A stretch of 64,000 nt of DNA from NCBI GenBank assembly GCA_041650835.1, contig JBAZKL010000003.1, positions 291,682-355,681 of the forward strand, given 5' to 3'. Below, one piece after another: positions 46,450-56,997 of this stretch. The notes beneath the pieces are model-generated. The model made no database searches. It saw only the letters and a list, made by a program, of their open reading frames with translations, and was not told the DNA's origin. Position 1 is the stretch's first letter, and each line of letters begins with the position of its first letter. This stretch comes from Candidatus Omnitrophota bacterium (GTDB lineage Bacteria > Omnitrophota > Gorgyraeia > Gygaellales > Profunditerraquicolaceae). Both the position numbers and the translations under genes were made by a program.

Positions 46450-48003
46450 ATGCTCACACAAAATATGAAAGCGCTTATAAATTCGCTTTGGGATAAATTC
46501 TGGAGCGGCGGTATTTCAAATCCTCTAACTGCAATTGAGCAAATTTCCTATCTCTTGTTCATGCGTAGGCTGGATGATATGGATACTAAGTTTAAAAGTG
46601 ACTCCGATTTTACTGGTGAGAAATATCAATCTATATTTGAAGGCAAGTTTGCGATCCCAAATACCAAGGAATCGGTTGATAAGGCTACTCTTCGCTGGAG
46701 CTATTTTAAGCAGATGGAAGGTGGTGAAATGCTTAGACACGTCCAGTTGAAGGTGTTTCCATTTGTGAAACAGGTCAATGGTAGAAATACGGTTTTTACA
46801 AAGCAGATGGAGGATGCGGTATTTATTATTCCTAAAGCATCTCTTCTAGTTGAGGCGGTCAGTATTATTGATAAGCTCTACGAAGAAATTGAGATCGGAA
46901 TGCGGGGAGGGCAAACATTTCATGATACCCAAGGCGATATGTATGAATTCCTTCTGGCAGAAATTGCCACAGCTGGGAAGAATGGTCAATTTCGTACGCC
47001 ACGGCATATTATTCAGATGATGTGTGAGCTTGTGGATCCTAAAATGTTAGAGCTTGTCTGCGACCCAGCGTGTGGTACTGGTGGTTTCTTGCTTGGTGCT
47101 TACCAACATATTTTAACTCACTATACGAGTAAAAATCGTCTGCAGAAAGACGAGAATGGCTTTATGCGGGGCACTTTGGCCGATAAACTCACAGATGAGC
47201 GATTATGGAAACAACTGAAAGAGGAAACATTTTATGGTTATGATTTTGATTCAACCATGGTTCGTATAGGTTTGATGAATCTTATTCTTCACGGAATTTC
47301 CTATCCAAATATTAATCGTAGGGACACGCTTTCTAAAAACTACAATGAGGATAATAAATATCATGTTATTTTGGCTAATCCTCCATTTAAAGGGAGCATT
47401 GATGAGGGCGATATAAATGAAAGTTTATCTTTAGATACAACAAAGACAGAGCTTCTTTTTGTTAATCGCATTATTAATTCATTACGGATTGGTGGTCGTG
47501 CTGGCGTTATTGTGCCGGATGGTGTTCTTTTTGGCTCAAGCAGAGCACATAGAGATTTACGTAGGATGTTAATTGATAAGTGTGAACTTCAAGGTATTAT
47601 TTCTATGCCAAGTGGAGTTTTTAAGCCGTACGCCGGAGTTAGTACTGCGGTTTTAGTTTTTGTTAAAGGGGGAACGACAGAAAAGGTGTGGTTTTACGAT
47701 ATGCAGGCAGATGGGTATTCGCTTGATGACAAACGTGAAAAGATTGAGACGACAGATCTGCCGACTATTGTAGAAGAATGGGGAAATCGGCATAAAGGAA
47801 AGGACAATGATCGTAAAGCCAAACATTTTTTTGTACCCGTTAAAGAAATTATCAACAAAGATTATGATCTAAGTATTAATCGCTATAAAGAAATCGACTA
47901 TCAGCCAGTCAAATATGAAAAACCAGAGAAAATTCTATTAAAGATCGAGAAAATAGAATGTGACATACAAAAAGGTATTAAGGACTTAAAGGATTTATTG
48001 TAA
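46450..48003 (+). CDS. hsdM: Type I restriction-modification N6-adenine DNA methyltransferase subunit
   Basis: HsdM N-terminal domain, AdoMet motif I (DPACGTGGF) and catalytic NPPF. Confidence 0.9.
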   Translation: MLTQNMKALINSLWDKFWSGGISNPLTAIEQISYLLFMRRLDDMDTKFKSDSDFTGEKYQSIFEGKFAIPNTKESVDKATLRWSYFKQMEGGEMLRHVQLKVFPFVKQVNGRNTVFTKQMEDAVFIIPKASLLVEAVSIIDKLYEEIEIGMRGGQTFHDTQGDMYEFLLAEIATAGKNGQFRTPRHIIQMMCELVDPKMLELVCDPACGTGGFLLGAYQHILTHYTSKNRLQKDENGFMRGTLADKLTDERLWKQLKEETFYGYDFDSTMVRIGLMNLILHGISYPNINRRDTLSKNYNEDNKYHVILANPPFKGSIDEGDINESLSLDTTKTELLFVNRIINSLRIGGRAGVIVPDGVLFGSSRAHRDLRRMLIDKCELQGIISMPSGVFKPYAGVSTAVLVFVKGGTTEKVWFYDMQADGYSLDDKREKIETTDLPTIVEEWGNRHKGKDNDRKAKHFFVPVKEIINKDYDLSINRYKEIDYQPVKYEKPEKILLKIEKIECDIQKGIKDLKDLL

Positions 48004-49157
48004 TGAATAAGCAGGTGAATATTATCGATGCTGTCGAAATAATAAATAATCGAGTAAGGCCATTTAAGGGGCAGCGAAGATATTTAGCAACCGGTGACTT
48101 GGCTGGTGATGAAATTAATGAAACTGCTTTTGTGGATTATGAATCTAGGCCTAGCCGAGCAGATTTATTGGTAAATGAGGGCGAGATTATAGTTGCTCGC
48201 ATGCAAGCTACTAATAAAGTTCTCTTGATTGATGATACGACGAAAGATCTTATTGTTTCTACAGGATTTTTAACGCTTGCTCCGAAAAAAGGCTTTGATA
48301 TAAGATATCTTGCTCATTATTTTCGATCTGATATATTTCAACGCCAAAAAGACAGATATTGTTCTGGCGCAACGCAAAAAGCCATCAATAACGGGGCTTT
48401 TGAAAAATTATGTGTTCCAAGTTATCCGCTAGATGAGCAAAGAAAGATCGCTAAAATTTTAAGCCATGTTGAATTATTACGCCAGAAACGCAAGCAATCA
48501 TTTTGGTTTCTTAATGATTTTCTTCATGCAACATTCTTGCACATGTTTGGGGATCCTATACAAAATCCTAATAATCTGGCACAGAAGAAAATCGGAGAGC
48601 TCGGAAAAGTTATTACTGGCAACACTCCCCCTCGCCATAAGAAGGAATATTATGGAAATTATATTGAATGGATTAAATCAGATAATATAAATACACCACA
48701 ATTTACACTTACGAGAGCAGAGGAATATTTATCGAAAAAGGGTGCAGGAGTCGGTAGGGTTGCTCCTAAAGGATCAGTGTTGGTGACATGTATAGCCGGT
48801 ACGCCCGATTGTATTGGTAATATTGCAATGGCAGACCGTGAAGTTGCGTTTAATCAACAAATTAATGCATTTGTCCCGGGAGGAGAAATCTCCCAAACAA
48901 TATTTTTTGCCCAGGTGTTATTTTGCAAGAAGCTGATTCAACAAGCATCTACAAACAGCATGAAGGGTCTTGTATCAAAAGGCAAATTTTCTGAGATCAA
49001 AATTATCGTTCCTCCCAAAAAACAGCAAAATCGATTCGAAGCAATATTTGATAGGGTTGTGATCTTACGTTTACAGCAGCAAAGAAGCGCATTAGAGCTG
49101 GATAATCATTTTAATGTTTTAATACAAAAAGTATTTGGAGAAGCTGAAAATGTTTAA
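48003..49157 (+). CDS. hsdS: Type I restriction-modification specificity subunit
   Basis: Two target-recognition domains separated by conserved coiled-coil spacers; start overlaps the hsdM stop. Confidence 0.8.
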   Translation: MNKQVNIIDAVEIINNRVRPFKGQRRYLATGDLAGDEINETAFVDYESRPSRADLLVNEGEIIVARMQATNKVLLIDDTTKDLIVSTGFLTLAPKKGFDIRYLAHYFRSDIFQRQKDRYCSGATQKAINNGAFEKLCVPSYPLDEQRKIAKILSHVELLRQKRKQSFWFLNDFLHATFLHMFGDPIQNPNNLAQKKIGELGKVITGNTPPRHKKEYYGNYIEWIKSDNINTPQFTLTRAEEYLSKKGAGVGRVAPKGSVLVTCIAGTPDCIGNIAMADREVAFNQQINAFVPGGEISQTIFFAQVLFCKKLIQQASTNSMKGLVSKGKFSEIKIIVPPKKQQNRFEAIFDRVVILRLQQQRSALELDNHFNVLIQKVFGEAENV

Positions 49158-49812
49158 GCGGTATTTTGAGTATAATCAAGCATTATTAAATGCTCAATAT
49201 GGAGTTTCTGAAATTATAGAGCACCTGCAAACACGAGGCGAAGTAAGGGAAGATTTTATTCGCGATTTGATTATTAAGAGAAAACGTAATTTATTGGTTG
49301 GGACAGGATTCCTATCTGATGGTCGAGCTCAAAGTCCACAATGCGATATTATTATTGCACGAGATAATGCTCCTGTTATTTCTTTTGGCCAAAAAATTTG
49401 TTTAAATGTTTCTGATTGTAAAATTGTTGTTGAAGTTAAGAGTAATCTAACGAGTCAAGATATAAAGGTGTGTAACGAGAAAGCAGCTCAGATAAAAAGA
49501 ATGGCTGGTGAGTCAAAACCATTGTATGGTATTTTCTGTTATAAATTTAATTTTAAGAAAAATACTTTATTGCGGAGTTTTCGATTTGTTTATGATCCTG
49601 AGATTATGGAATATAACGAAAATCCGGCACTTCCTATGGTTTATCCAAATATTGATTTTATAATTTCAATAAGTGATGAAGAAGAATATCTGGAAAACGA
49701 AGATATTAAAAAGCAGTTTTTCGTAATAAAAAATGAAGTGACAGGAGGATATTCTTTCTTTAATGATTATCCTCCCATTAGGTACTTTTGGCGTTTGATA
49801 GATGGATTATAA
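49135..49812 (+). CDS. Hypothetical PD-(D/E)xK nuclease-like protein overlapping hsdS 3' end
   Basis: CDIIIARD...KIVVEVKSN gives a D...(E)VK restriction-endonuclease-fold motif. Overlaps the hsdS stop by 23 nt, suggesting co-transcription. Confidence 0.4.
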   Translation: MEKLKMFKRYFEYNQALLNAQYGVSEIIEHLQTRGEVREDFIRDLIIKRKRNLLVGTGFLSDGRAQSPQCDIIIARDNAPVISFGQKICLNVSDCKIVVEVKSNLTSQDIKVCNEKAAQIKRMAGESKPLYGIFCYKFNFKKNTLLRSFRFVYDPEIMEYNENPALPMVYPNIDFIISISDEEEYLENEDIKKQFFVIKNEVTGGYSFFNDYPPIRYFWRLIDGL

Positions 49813-49997
49813 AGAAATAGACATTTAGCTAAGGTAATGACGTGGTTAAGTAAATAAAATAATAATGGAAAACGGTATGCCTGAAGCGAAACAAATTATT
49901 GTTGAAGACGAAACTCTAAATGCGGTTACAAGCGACAACCTTTTTGAGAAAATCAATATTCCCCTCAGACGGATAAGTAATAAAAGGAGGTTTGAAC

Positions 49998-50879
49998 ATG
50001 GCTGAGCAGATAGAACAGAGAAAGAAAAGATCTCAGCAAATTGTTTTTCATCTGTTCCGATATCAAATTCTGCCTACGACGCAAACAATCCAATTGCGAT
50101 TTGATTCGCCAGTTAAGAATCTGGAAGATTTAAAGGCCAAAAAGAATAACTTTTTTTCTCAGGCGTTGACGGGCATGAAAAGAATTAATTATTCAAGAAC
50201 AGAGTTAACGCATAAAGTGAGTGAAATCGATAAAGATTTTTATCTTATAAAATTAGCTGCAAAAAGAAGTCTTAAGCGGTCGACACGCGATTTTAAGGAA
50301 GAGAAGATTGAAAATTGGCCTGCCACGAATATTATTATCAATAACCATCCGGCTGTTCAGAAAGCCATTATTCAGTTTAACCAAAAGGTTTTTAATGACA
50401 CAAAGAATATTGCTGATATTTTGCAGGATAGTTTAAACGATATGCTTAAAGAGTACCAACTTCATGTAATTTTTGAGAAAATTTTTGATGAAGTTAAATT
50501 TTGGCAAGTCGTCAATCTTTATAAGAACAGGATTATTCAGGCTGAATTCGAGCTAATTTCTCCTAATTTGGCGAATATTTCAAAATCCCTACAATTTGAT
50601 TTACAAGCGTTAAATCGTTCGACTAATACACAAAAAACAAAACTGCAGCTTAACAGTGATAAGGAAGCGATACTGACTCTGTCGCAAGAAGATCCCCTGG
50701 TTTCCGGCTTAGTAGATTATGCATCTCAAGGGGGAGGCAAAATTAACCTTAAGGTTCGGGGATTAAATAAAAAAATACATACTTCTGATAAAGCCACGGA
50801 AATAACAATTGATGAGATGGTATTTAATAACGCGGATCCAAAGGATATTCTAAAGATAATTGGTGGGATTATCAAATGA
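49998..50879 (+). CDS. Hypothetical soluble protein (gene A of a two-gene module)
   Basis: ATG at 49998 preceded by AAAGGAGG; no recognisable domain. Its stop overlaps the start of the downstream membrane-protein gene (ATGATGG). Confidence 0.45.
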   Translation: MAEQIEQRKKRSQQIVFHLFRYQILPTTQTIQLRFDSPVKNLEDLKAKKNNFFSQALTGMKRINYSRTELTHKVSEIDKDFYLIKLAAKRSLKRSTRDFKEEKIENWPATNIIINNHPAVQKAIIQFNQKVFNDTKNIADILQDSLNDMLKEYQLHVIFEKIFDEVKFWQVVNLYKNRIIQAEFELISPNLANISKSLQFDLQALNRSTNTQKTKLQLNSDKEAILTLSQEDPLVSGLVDYASQGGGKINLKVRGLNKKIHTSDKATEITIDEMVFNNADPKDILKIIGGIIK

Positions 50880-51313
50880 TGGACGTCATAAAAAATATAT
50901 CGGTTTCGGTGTTACTAGGAATTATTATTAACTCGTTATCTTCCTGGATGGGAAGCCATTTTTTATTAAAGTTTTTGGATTGCAATTTGATTACTTTACT
51001 CGTTGCCTTGATGGCGATTAATACTACTACGATGAGCGTCATGATGACTAAGATGAGCGAGATTAAAGAGCGACACAAAATTGATTTTCCAAAGACTATT
51101 CGTGAGATGACGGCTTCGATTTATGAACAAATATCGTTAATATGTATTGCGGTGGCTTTACAGATTATTAGCGATAGTCCGAAGATGAAACAATTGTGGC
51201 CAAATCCCGAGTTTATTATTTCAAGTTTTTTAGTGGCAGTTTTTGTATATGCAATGTTGATATTGTTTGATACTGCAAAAGGCATATTTGTTTTATTGGA
51301 GAATGAAAAGTAG
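50876..51313 (+). CDS. Small polytopic membrane protein (gene B of a two-gene module)
   Basis: 145 aa with about 4 predicted TM helices; translationally coupled to the upstream gene. Confidence 0.45.
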   Translation: MMDVIKNISVSVLLGIIINSLSSWMGSHFLLKFLDCNLITLLVALMAINTTTMSVMMTKMSEIKERHKIDFPKTIREMTASIYEQISLICIAVALQIISDSPKMKQLWPNPEFIISSFLVAVFVYAMLILFDTAKGIFVLLENEK

Positions 51314-51392
51314 CCAAGATATCAGAATTACGGAAGACTTTAAATAAGAGACGTTCTTCAAGAATCGTTTCGACGGTTAGAATAATAATTAA

Positions 51393-53132
51393 ATGAAGAT
51401 AAGATCACTAAAAATCCATAATTTCCGTTCAATTCTGGATTCACCCGAGATAATTTTTAACGACTTCTCATTATTAGTTGGAGCAAATAATGTCGGGAAG
51501 TCTAACTTAATCGATGTTTTAAGAATTTTATATGATGATGAAAAATTTGATAGTAAACGAGATTTTCCCAAGGTTTCTTTAAAACCAACCGATAATGAAA
51601 GTTGGGTTGATGTTAAATATATCCTTTCTGAAGAAGAATATAAGAATTTGCCTGATTATGCTAAAAAATTTACAAATAAATTAAGAATCAGAAAATATTT
51701 TAAATCTGACAATTCAGAACAGTTCAAATCTGGTCAGAGCAATATCTTTGCTTATGAAGAAGAAGGAGTGATATCTAAGAACCTGTTTCATGGAGCCAAG
51801 AATGTTTCTGAAGCAAAACTTGGACGGATTATATTTATTCCATCAGTTAACAAAACAGAAGATGTATTAAAAACTTCTGGTCCCTCTCCTTTGAGGCAGA
51901 TAGCTACATTTGTTTTTGAAAAAGTTGCCAAGAAAAGTCCTGCTTTTAATAATCTTGAAACGGCGTTTTCGAGTTTTGAGAGTGATTTTTCTACTGAATC
52001 TTCTTCAGATGGTTTTTCTATCAAAGATCTTATTGTCGATGTGAATAAGCATCTGGAGGAATGGCAGATATCATTCGGCATAAATATTAAAAAAATTAAG
52101 ATTGATGATATCATCAAAAACTTATTTGAGCATAATTGGAAAGATGATAACCTTGACGGTGAGGTTATAGACATAAATCAATATGGTCAGGGGTTTCAGC
52201 GCCACATAATCTATACACTTATTAAGTTATCAGCAAAGTATGTAGATAAAAGAACATCAAGCAAAAAAGAATTTATACCAGAATTTACGCTGATTCTATT
52301 TGAGGAACCAGAAGCATTTTTGCATCCGGCTCAGCAGGAAATATTACATGCGGGTTTGAAAGAAATCACTAGCGATGGGGAAGAACAAACCCAGGTTTTA
52401 ATTTCGACTCATTCCCCCATTTTTGTATCTAGAAACATTGATGATTTAACTTCGGTAATTAGATTGCAAAAGGAAAAAGGAAATACTAGGATTTCACAAA
52501 TTACCGAAATTAATGAGGATATTTTGTTCGGTGAAAATGCAAAATTGCTAGATTTTTTAAAAACAAAGTTAACTGAAACGTCAACTCCCGCAGATGTAAA
52601 ATCAGAAATTAAAAATATTGTTAATGGAACCGATGATTCTCTTAAGCTAGAAGAAGAATCAATGCGATATTTTTTATGGTTGAATTCAGAAAGGTGCTCA
52701 TTATTTTTTGCTGATTTTGTAATTATTTGTGAGGGAGCATCAGAAAAAATATTTGTTGAGTATTTGTTTAAATCAAAATGGGAAGATTTACGAAAGAAAC
52801 GTATTTATTTACTTGACGCAGGAGGTAAATACAATATTCATAGGTATATGAATTTATTTGAATTGTTATGTATTTCCCACAGCATTTTGTTGGATTCTGA
52901 TGGTGATAGGAAACATCAGAAATATATAAATGAATTTATTGATAGTAATAAGCGTCCCCAAACTAGATCGATTCATAAGTTTAATCCTGATTTTGAGAAT
53001 TTTCTAACTATTACTCCTGCTAAGAGGCCCGATAAAAAGCCTTTAAATGTATTTCTACATTTTCGAAATGGAAAAATTACTGATGCTAAGATAAATGAGC
53101 TGAAAGAAATTATTCAAAGAATTAGTACTTAG
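51393..53132 (+). CDS. OLD-family ATP-dependent endonuclease (ABC-type ATPase + Toprim)
   Basis: Walker A GANNVGKSN, Walker B/D-loop LILFEEPEAFLHP and a C-terminal Toprim with the EGxSE-type motif (VIICEGASEKIFVE). Confidence 0.75.
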   Translation: MKIRSLKIHNFRSILDSPEIIFNDFSLLVGANNVGKSNLIDVLRILYDDEKFDSKRDFPKVSLKPTDNESWVDVKYILSEEEYKNLPDYAKKFTNKLRIRKYFKSDNSEQFKSGQSNIFAYEEEGVISKNLFHGAKNVSEAKLGRIIFIPSVNKTEDVLKTSGPSPLRQIATFVFEKVAKKSPAFNNLETAFSSFESDFSTESSSDGFSIKDLIVDVNKHLEEWQISFGINIKKIKIDDIIKNLFEHNWKDDNLDGEVIDINQYGQGFQRHIIYTLIKLSAKYVDKRTSSKKEFIPEFTLILFEEPEAFLHPAQQEILHAGLKEITSDGEEQTQVLISTHSPIFVSRNIDDLTSVIRLQKEKGNTRISQITEINEDILFGENAKLLDFLKTKLTETSTPADVKSEIKNIVNGTDDSLKLEEESMRYFLWLNSERCSLFFADFVIICEGASEKIFVEYLFKSKWEDLRKKRIYLLDAGGKYNIHRYMNLFELLCISHSILLDSDGDRKHQKYINEFIDSNKRPQTRSIHKFNPDFENFLTITPAKRPDKKPLNVFLHFRNGKITDAKINELKEIIQRIST

Positions 53133-53144
53133 CGCAAAAACGAT

Positions 53145-54272
53145 ATGAAGTTAGTTCATTTCTCAGATACGCATTTAGGTTTTTCTGATTACAATAAGGT
53201 TGATCCAGAAACAGGTATCAACTTAAGAGAAGCCGATGTATATCATGCCTTTGCGCGGGTTATTGATTACATTATCAATAACCCGCCAGATATAGTAATT
53301 CACTCTGGTGATCTTTTTGATACTCATAGGCCTTCCAATAGAGCTATCAATATTGCTTTAAAAGAAATTGCAAAAATATCTCAAAAACAAATCCCCCTTG
53401 TAATGATTTCGGGTAATCATTCAACGCCGCGCGTAAAAACCTCCGGTTCTATTTTCGAAATATTCGAAATATTCGATAATGTATATCCAGTATATCAATC
53501 AAAGTATAAAGAGATTATCATAAAAGATGCAGCATTGCATTGCGTACCACATATGGCTACAGAAGAGGAGTTAAGGAAGGTTTTTGATAATCTCAAGCCA
53601 AACAGTAAGGTTAAGTATAATATAATAATTGCTCACATGGGAGTGACAGCAGATGTACAGTATAAGATGGGTGAGTTCAACGAATTGATTATTCCCTACG
53701 GCGTCATTAAGAAAAAAAACAATTTTGATTACATAGCTCTTGGCCATTATCATAAAAACCTACTCCTAGCAGACAATTGTTATTATTCAGGTTCAACGGA
53801 ACGTTTTAGTTTTAATGAGGTAGGGCAGGATAAAGGATTTATCGAAGTAAATCTATCTCAGAAGAAAACGGTGTTTATTCCTCTAAAAGTACGAGAAATG
53901 ATAGCTTTGGAATCAATTGATTGTCGAGATCTCAATATAAATGAGATTGTTAAGAAAGTGGAGCAACTCATTACTGGAAAAACCCTGGGGAGTATACTTC
54001 AGGTTACTTTTGATAATATAAAAAAACACCAATACGCCGAGTTAAACTTTCAAAAACTAAGAGACTTAACTAAAGATGCTGTTCATCTGAAAATAATCTG
54101 CAATTGGATGAGTGAAAAAGGGAAGGAAAGCACTAATACCGCGATAGGTACGCTTTCGGCAGAATTTGAGAGCTTTATCGAACACCAAGATATCAAAGAT
54201 TTAGATAAGAAAAAACTCAAAGAATTAGGAATAAATTATCTTTCGATTACTCAGGGGGCAGAGGAAGAATAA
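53145..54272 (+). CDS. sbcD: SbcD/Mre11-family nuclease (calcineurin-like phosphoesterase)
   Basis: Phosphoesterase motifs HFSDTHLG, GDLFD, GNHS and the later His motifs; 12 nt after the OLD gene. Confidence 0.8.
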   Translation: MKLVHFSDTHLGFSDYNKVDPETGINLREADVYHAFARVIDYIINNPPDIVIHSGDLFDTHRPSNRAINIALKEIAKISQKQIPLVMISGNHSTPRVKTSGSIFEIFEIFDNVYPVYQSKYKEIIIKDAALHCVPHMATEEELRKVFDNLKPNSKVKYNIIIAHMGVTADVQYKMGEFNELIIPYGVIKKKNNFDYIALGHYHKNLLLADNCYYSGSTERFSFNEVGQDKGFIEVNLSQKKTVFIPLKVREMIALESIDCRDLNINEIVKKVEQLITGKTLGSILQVTFDNIKKHQYAELNFQKLRDLTKDAVHLKIICNWMSEKGKESTNTAIGTLSAEFESFIEHQDIKDLDKKKLKELGINYLSITQGAEEE

Positions 54273-56678
54273 ATGTTTTTAAGAAGCCTTAAATTAAAAA
54301 ACTATAGGAAGTTTCGAGAAGAAATAATCGAATTCCCAGAAGGCATAATAGCTGTAATAGGACCTAATGGTGCAGGAAAATCCTCTATTTTAGAGGCCAT
54401 AGGATGGACTTTGTATGGCAACGCAATGGCGCGGACAGACAAGCTAGAAGTAAAGAGTCAAAATGCTTCTGAGGAAGAAGGCTGTGAAGCCGAACTTGTC
54501 TTTGATTTTGGAGACCACTCATACAAGATTTTTAGAGAGCTCAAGGGGAAAAACGCTATTTCGAATGCGTTAGCATATGTAGATGGAAGTATAGATCCTA
54601 TTGCAGAAAGAGATAGTGGTGTCAATCAATATATAGAAAGTTTGCTTGGGATGGATTACGGCACTTTCATAAAAACTGTTTATGCTAAACAAAAAGAATT
54701 AGCGGCTTTTTCGATTCTTCGTGCGGAAGATAGGAAAAAAGTCATAAGGAGGATGCTTAATATTGATCGTATTGACTTAGCCGTGACGAAAATTAGATCA
54801 GACGAGAGAGATAAACAGAAATTTATCGAAGGTATTCAAACTAGTCTTGAAGATCTTGATAAGTTAGAACAAGAAAAAAACGATATCATAAACCAACAGA
54901 AAAAGATAAATAAAGATGTCAATGATCGTGCCTTGACTTTAAAAACTATTGCGGAGGACAGGGATAAAATAAAGAAAGATAAAGATCATCAAGAACAAAA
55001 ATTTAAGATTTTTAATTCTTTTAATAAAGATAGCTCTCGTTTTGATACACAAAAATCCTCACTTGATAGAAGATTGAAAGAATTATTGAAGGAGCTAGGA
55101 GAATTAAAACAAAAAAAAGAGTCATTGGAAAAAATAGAATCTAAAGAACAGGAATATTTGAAAACTAAAAAAGATAAAGAGGATCAAGAAACATTGCGCT
55201 TACAATATCAAGAAAAGGTTGCCTTAATAAAGAGAATCAAGGAGAACAACGATGATATGGCTCAACGTTAAGGCAAGCATAAATTATCCACAGAACAATT
55301 AAAAGACTTTTCCGGAGCGCAGGAAGATTCAGACAAAACAGAAAAAACTATACATGAACAAGAAATTATAAGAAGAAGGCTTGAGAAAGAGACTAAAGAA
55401 ATTGAAGGAGAAGTGCGTATTTGTTCTTCGAAAATCGGAGAATTGCTATCACAAAAAAAGAAGTTCACTCAATTAGGCAGAAATGGCAAATGTCCTACTT
55501 GTTTCCGTGAGTTAGGAGACAATTACGAGGATATAGGAGGACATATTGATAGTGAGATAAAAAGCATTAAAGAAAAATTGCAACCAATACAAGAAAAAAG
55601 AGATAAGCTTAACAAACAATTAGAGGAGGTTATTGAGAATATAGATAAATTGGTTGAGAAAAAAAATAAACTAAATGAGAAATTGAAAAGAAAGTCTAGA
55701 GCTGAACAATCAATCGAAGAGCAAGACATCGAAATTAAAAAACTAAAAATAAAAATCGAGAAAGAAAAAGAGAAGCTAGAGGGCATGAGGGATATTAAAT
55801 TTGATCAAAACGCTTACGAGAAATTGGTAGATAAATTTGATGCGTTGTCAGAAATTAGGGATACTATTTTAGCGTTAAGAAAAGAAATTCAGAGAATTCC
55901 TAAAATCAATGAGATGATAGATGCTACGGAAAAAGAAATACAACTATTAGATTCTCAAATTAAACAAGTAGAAGATGAGCTAAAGAAGCTAGATTTTGAT
56001 GAGGGTAAATATGATAGGGTTAAAGCCAGCTATGAAGTTATAAATGATAAATTAAGCGAAATACAGAATAAATTGAATGATTCTAAAAGTCAACTCGCAG
56101 TTTCGAAGCAGAGACTGATCAATCTTGAAGAAAAGATTGATCGTCAAAAAGCGAGTAGAAATAAAATAGAAGAAGCTCGTGCGGTGCTTCAATATCTACA
56201 GCGTCTTGAATCTCTCCTGGAGAGTTTTAGGCTTGAATTAACAAGCAGAATTCGTCCTTTACTTGAGACCAGGGCTTCTTATCTTTTTAGTGAAATTACA
56301 AATGGACGTTATCCTTCTATAGAATTAGATGAAGACTACGAAATGTCTATACTCGATGGTAATAAAGTTTTTAGATTAAAAAGATTCTCGGGAGGAGAAG
56401 AAGATCTAGCCAATTTATGCCTAAGAATAGCAATGTCACAAGTTATCGCAGAGCGGAGTGGAGGCATAGAGATAAATTTTATTGCTTTAGACGAAATATT
56501 CGGTAGTCAAGATGAAGACCGTAGACAAAATATCTTGAATTCTCTTAATAAATTAGCATCTCAGTTTCGTCAGATTTTTTTGATTACTCATATAGAAGAT
56601 ATTAAAGAGATGCTTTCTAGGGTTTTACTGGTAGAGGAGAATATTACGACCAAGGAAAGCAAGGTGTCATTAGGATAA
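54273..56678 (+). CDS. sbcC: SbcC/Rad50-family ATPase, interrupted by one in-frame TAA (55269-55271)
   Basis: N-terminal Walker A (GPNGAGKSS), long coiled coil with a CPTC zinc hook, and C-terminal signature and Walker B/D-loop (LDEIFGSQD). ORFs 54273..55271 and 55413..56678 share one frame and are separated only by a single TAA, with no other stops. Confidence 0.7.
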
Positions 56679-56997
56679 GAAAGAACCTGATATACAACAA
56701 GGATATGAAAGAATTCATGGTGCTGGTCAAAATTACTTCAAAGGAAAGCCATCTAAATCTAGCCTTGTTGATGAATATTATAAATCATCGGAGTCGGATA
56801 ACAAGGGAGATGAAAAACTTTTAAAAATCGCTAAGTTATTTTTGGATAAATATAATACGGAAGACTTCCCCGAAAGTGTTAAAAATTTAGCCAAACTTAT
56901 AAAATAATTCAGCATAGAAAAATCCTCCTCACTTAGAGCGGTCCATCATAAAATAAAAGAAATAGAGACAAAATACACAAATATCGGAAAGGGAGAT

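Noticed and set aside
56680-56907. About 75-codon open frame after sbcC (KEPDIQQGYERIHGAGQNYFKGK...KLIK) with no ATG, GTG or TTG start
   Set aside because: No start codon and no Shine-Dalgarno. Could be a remnant; not reportable as a gene.
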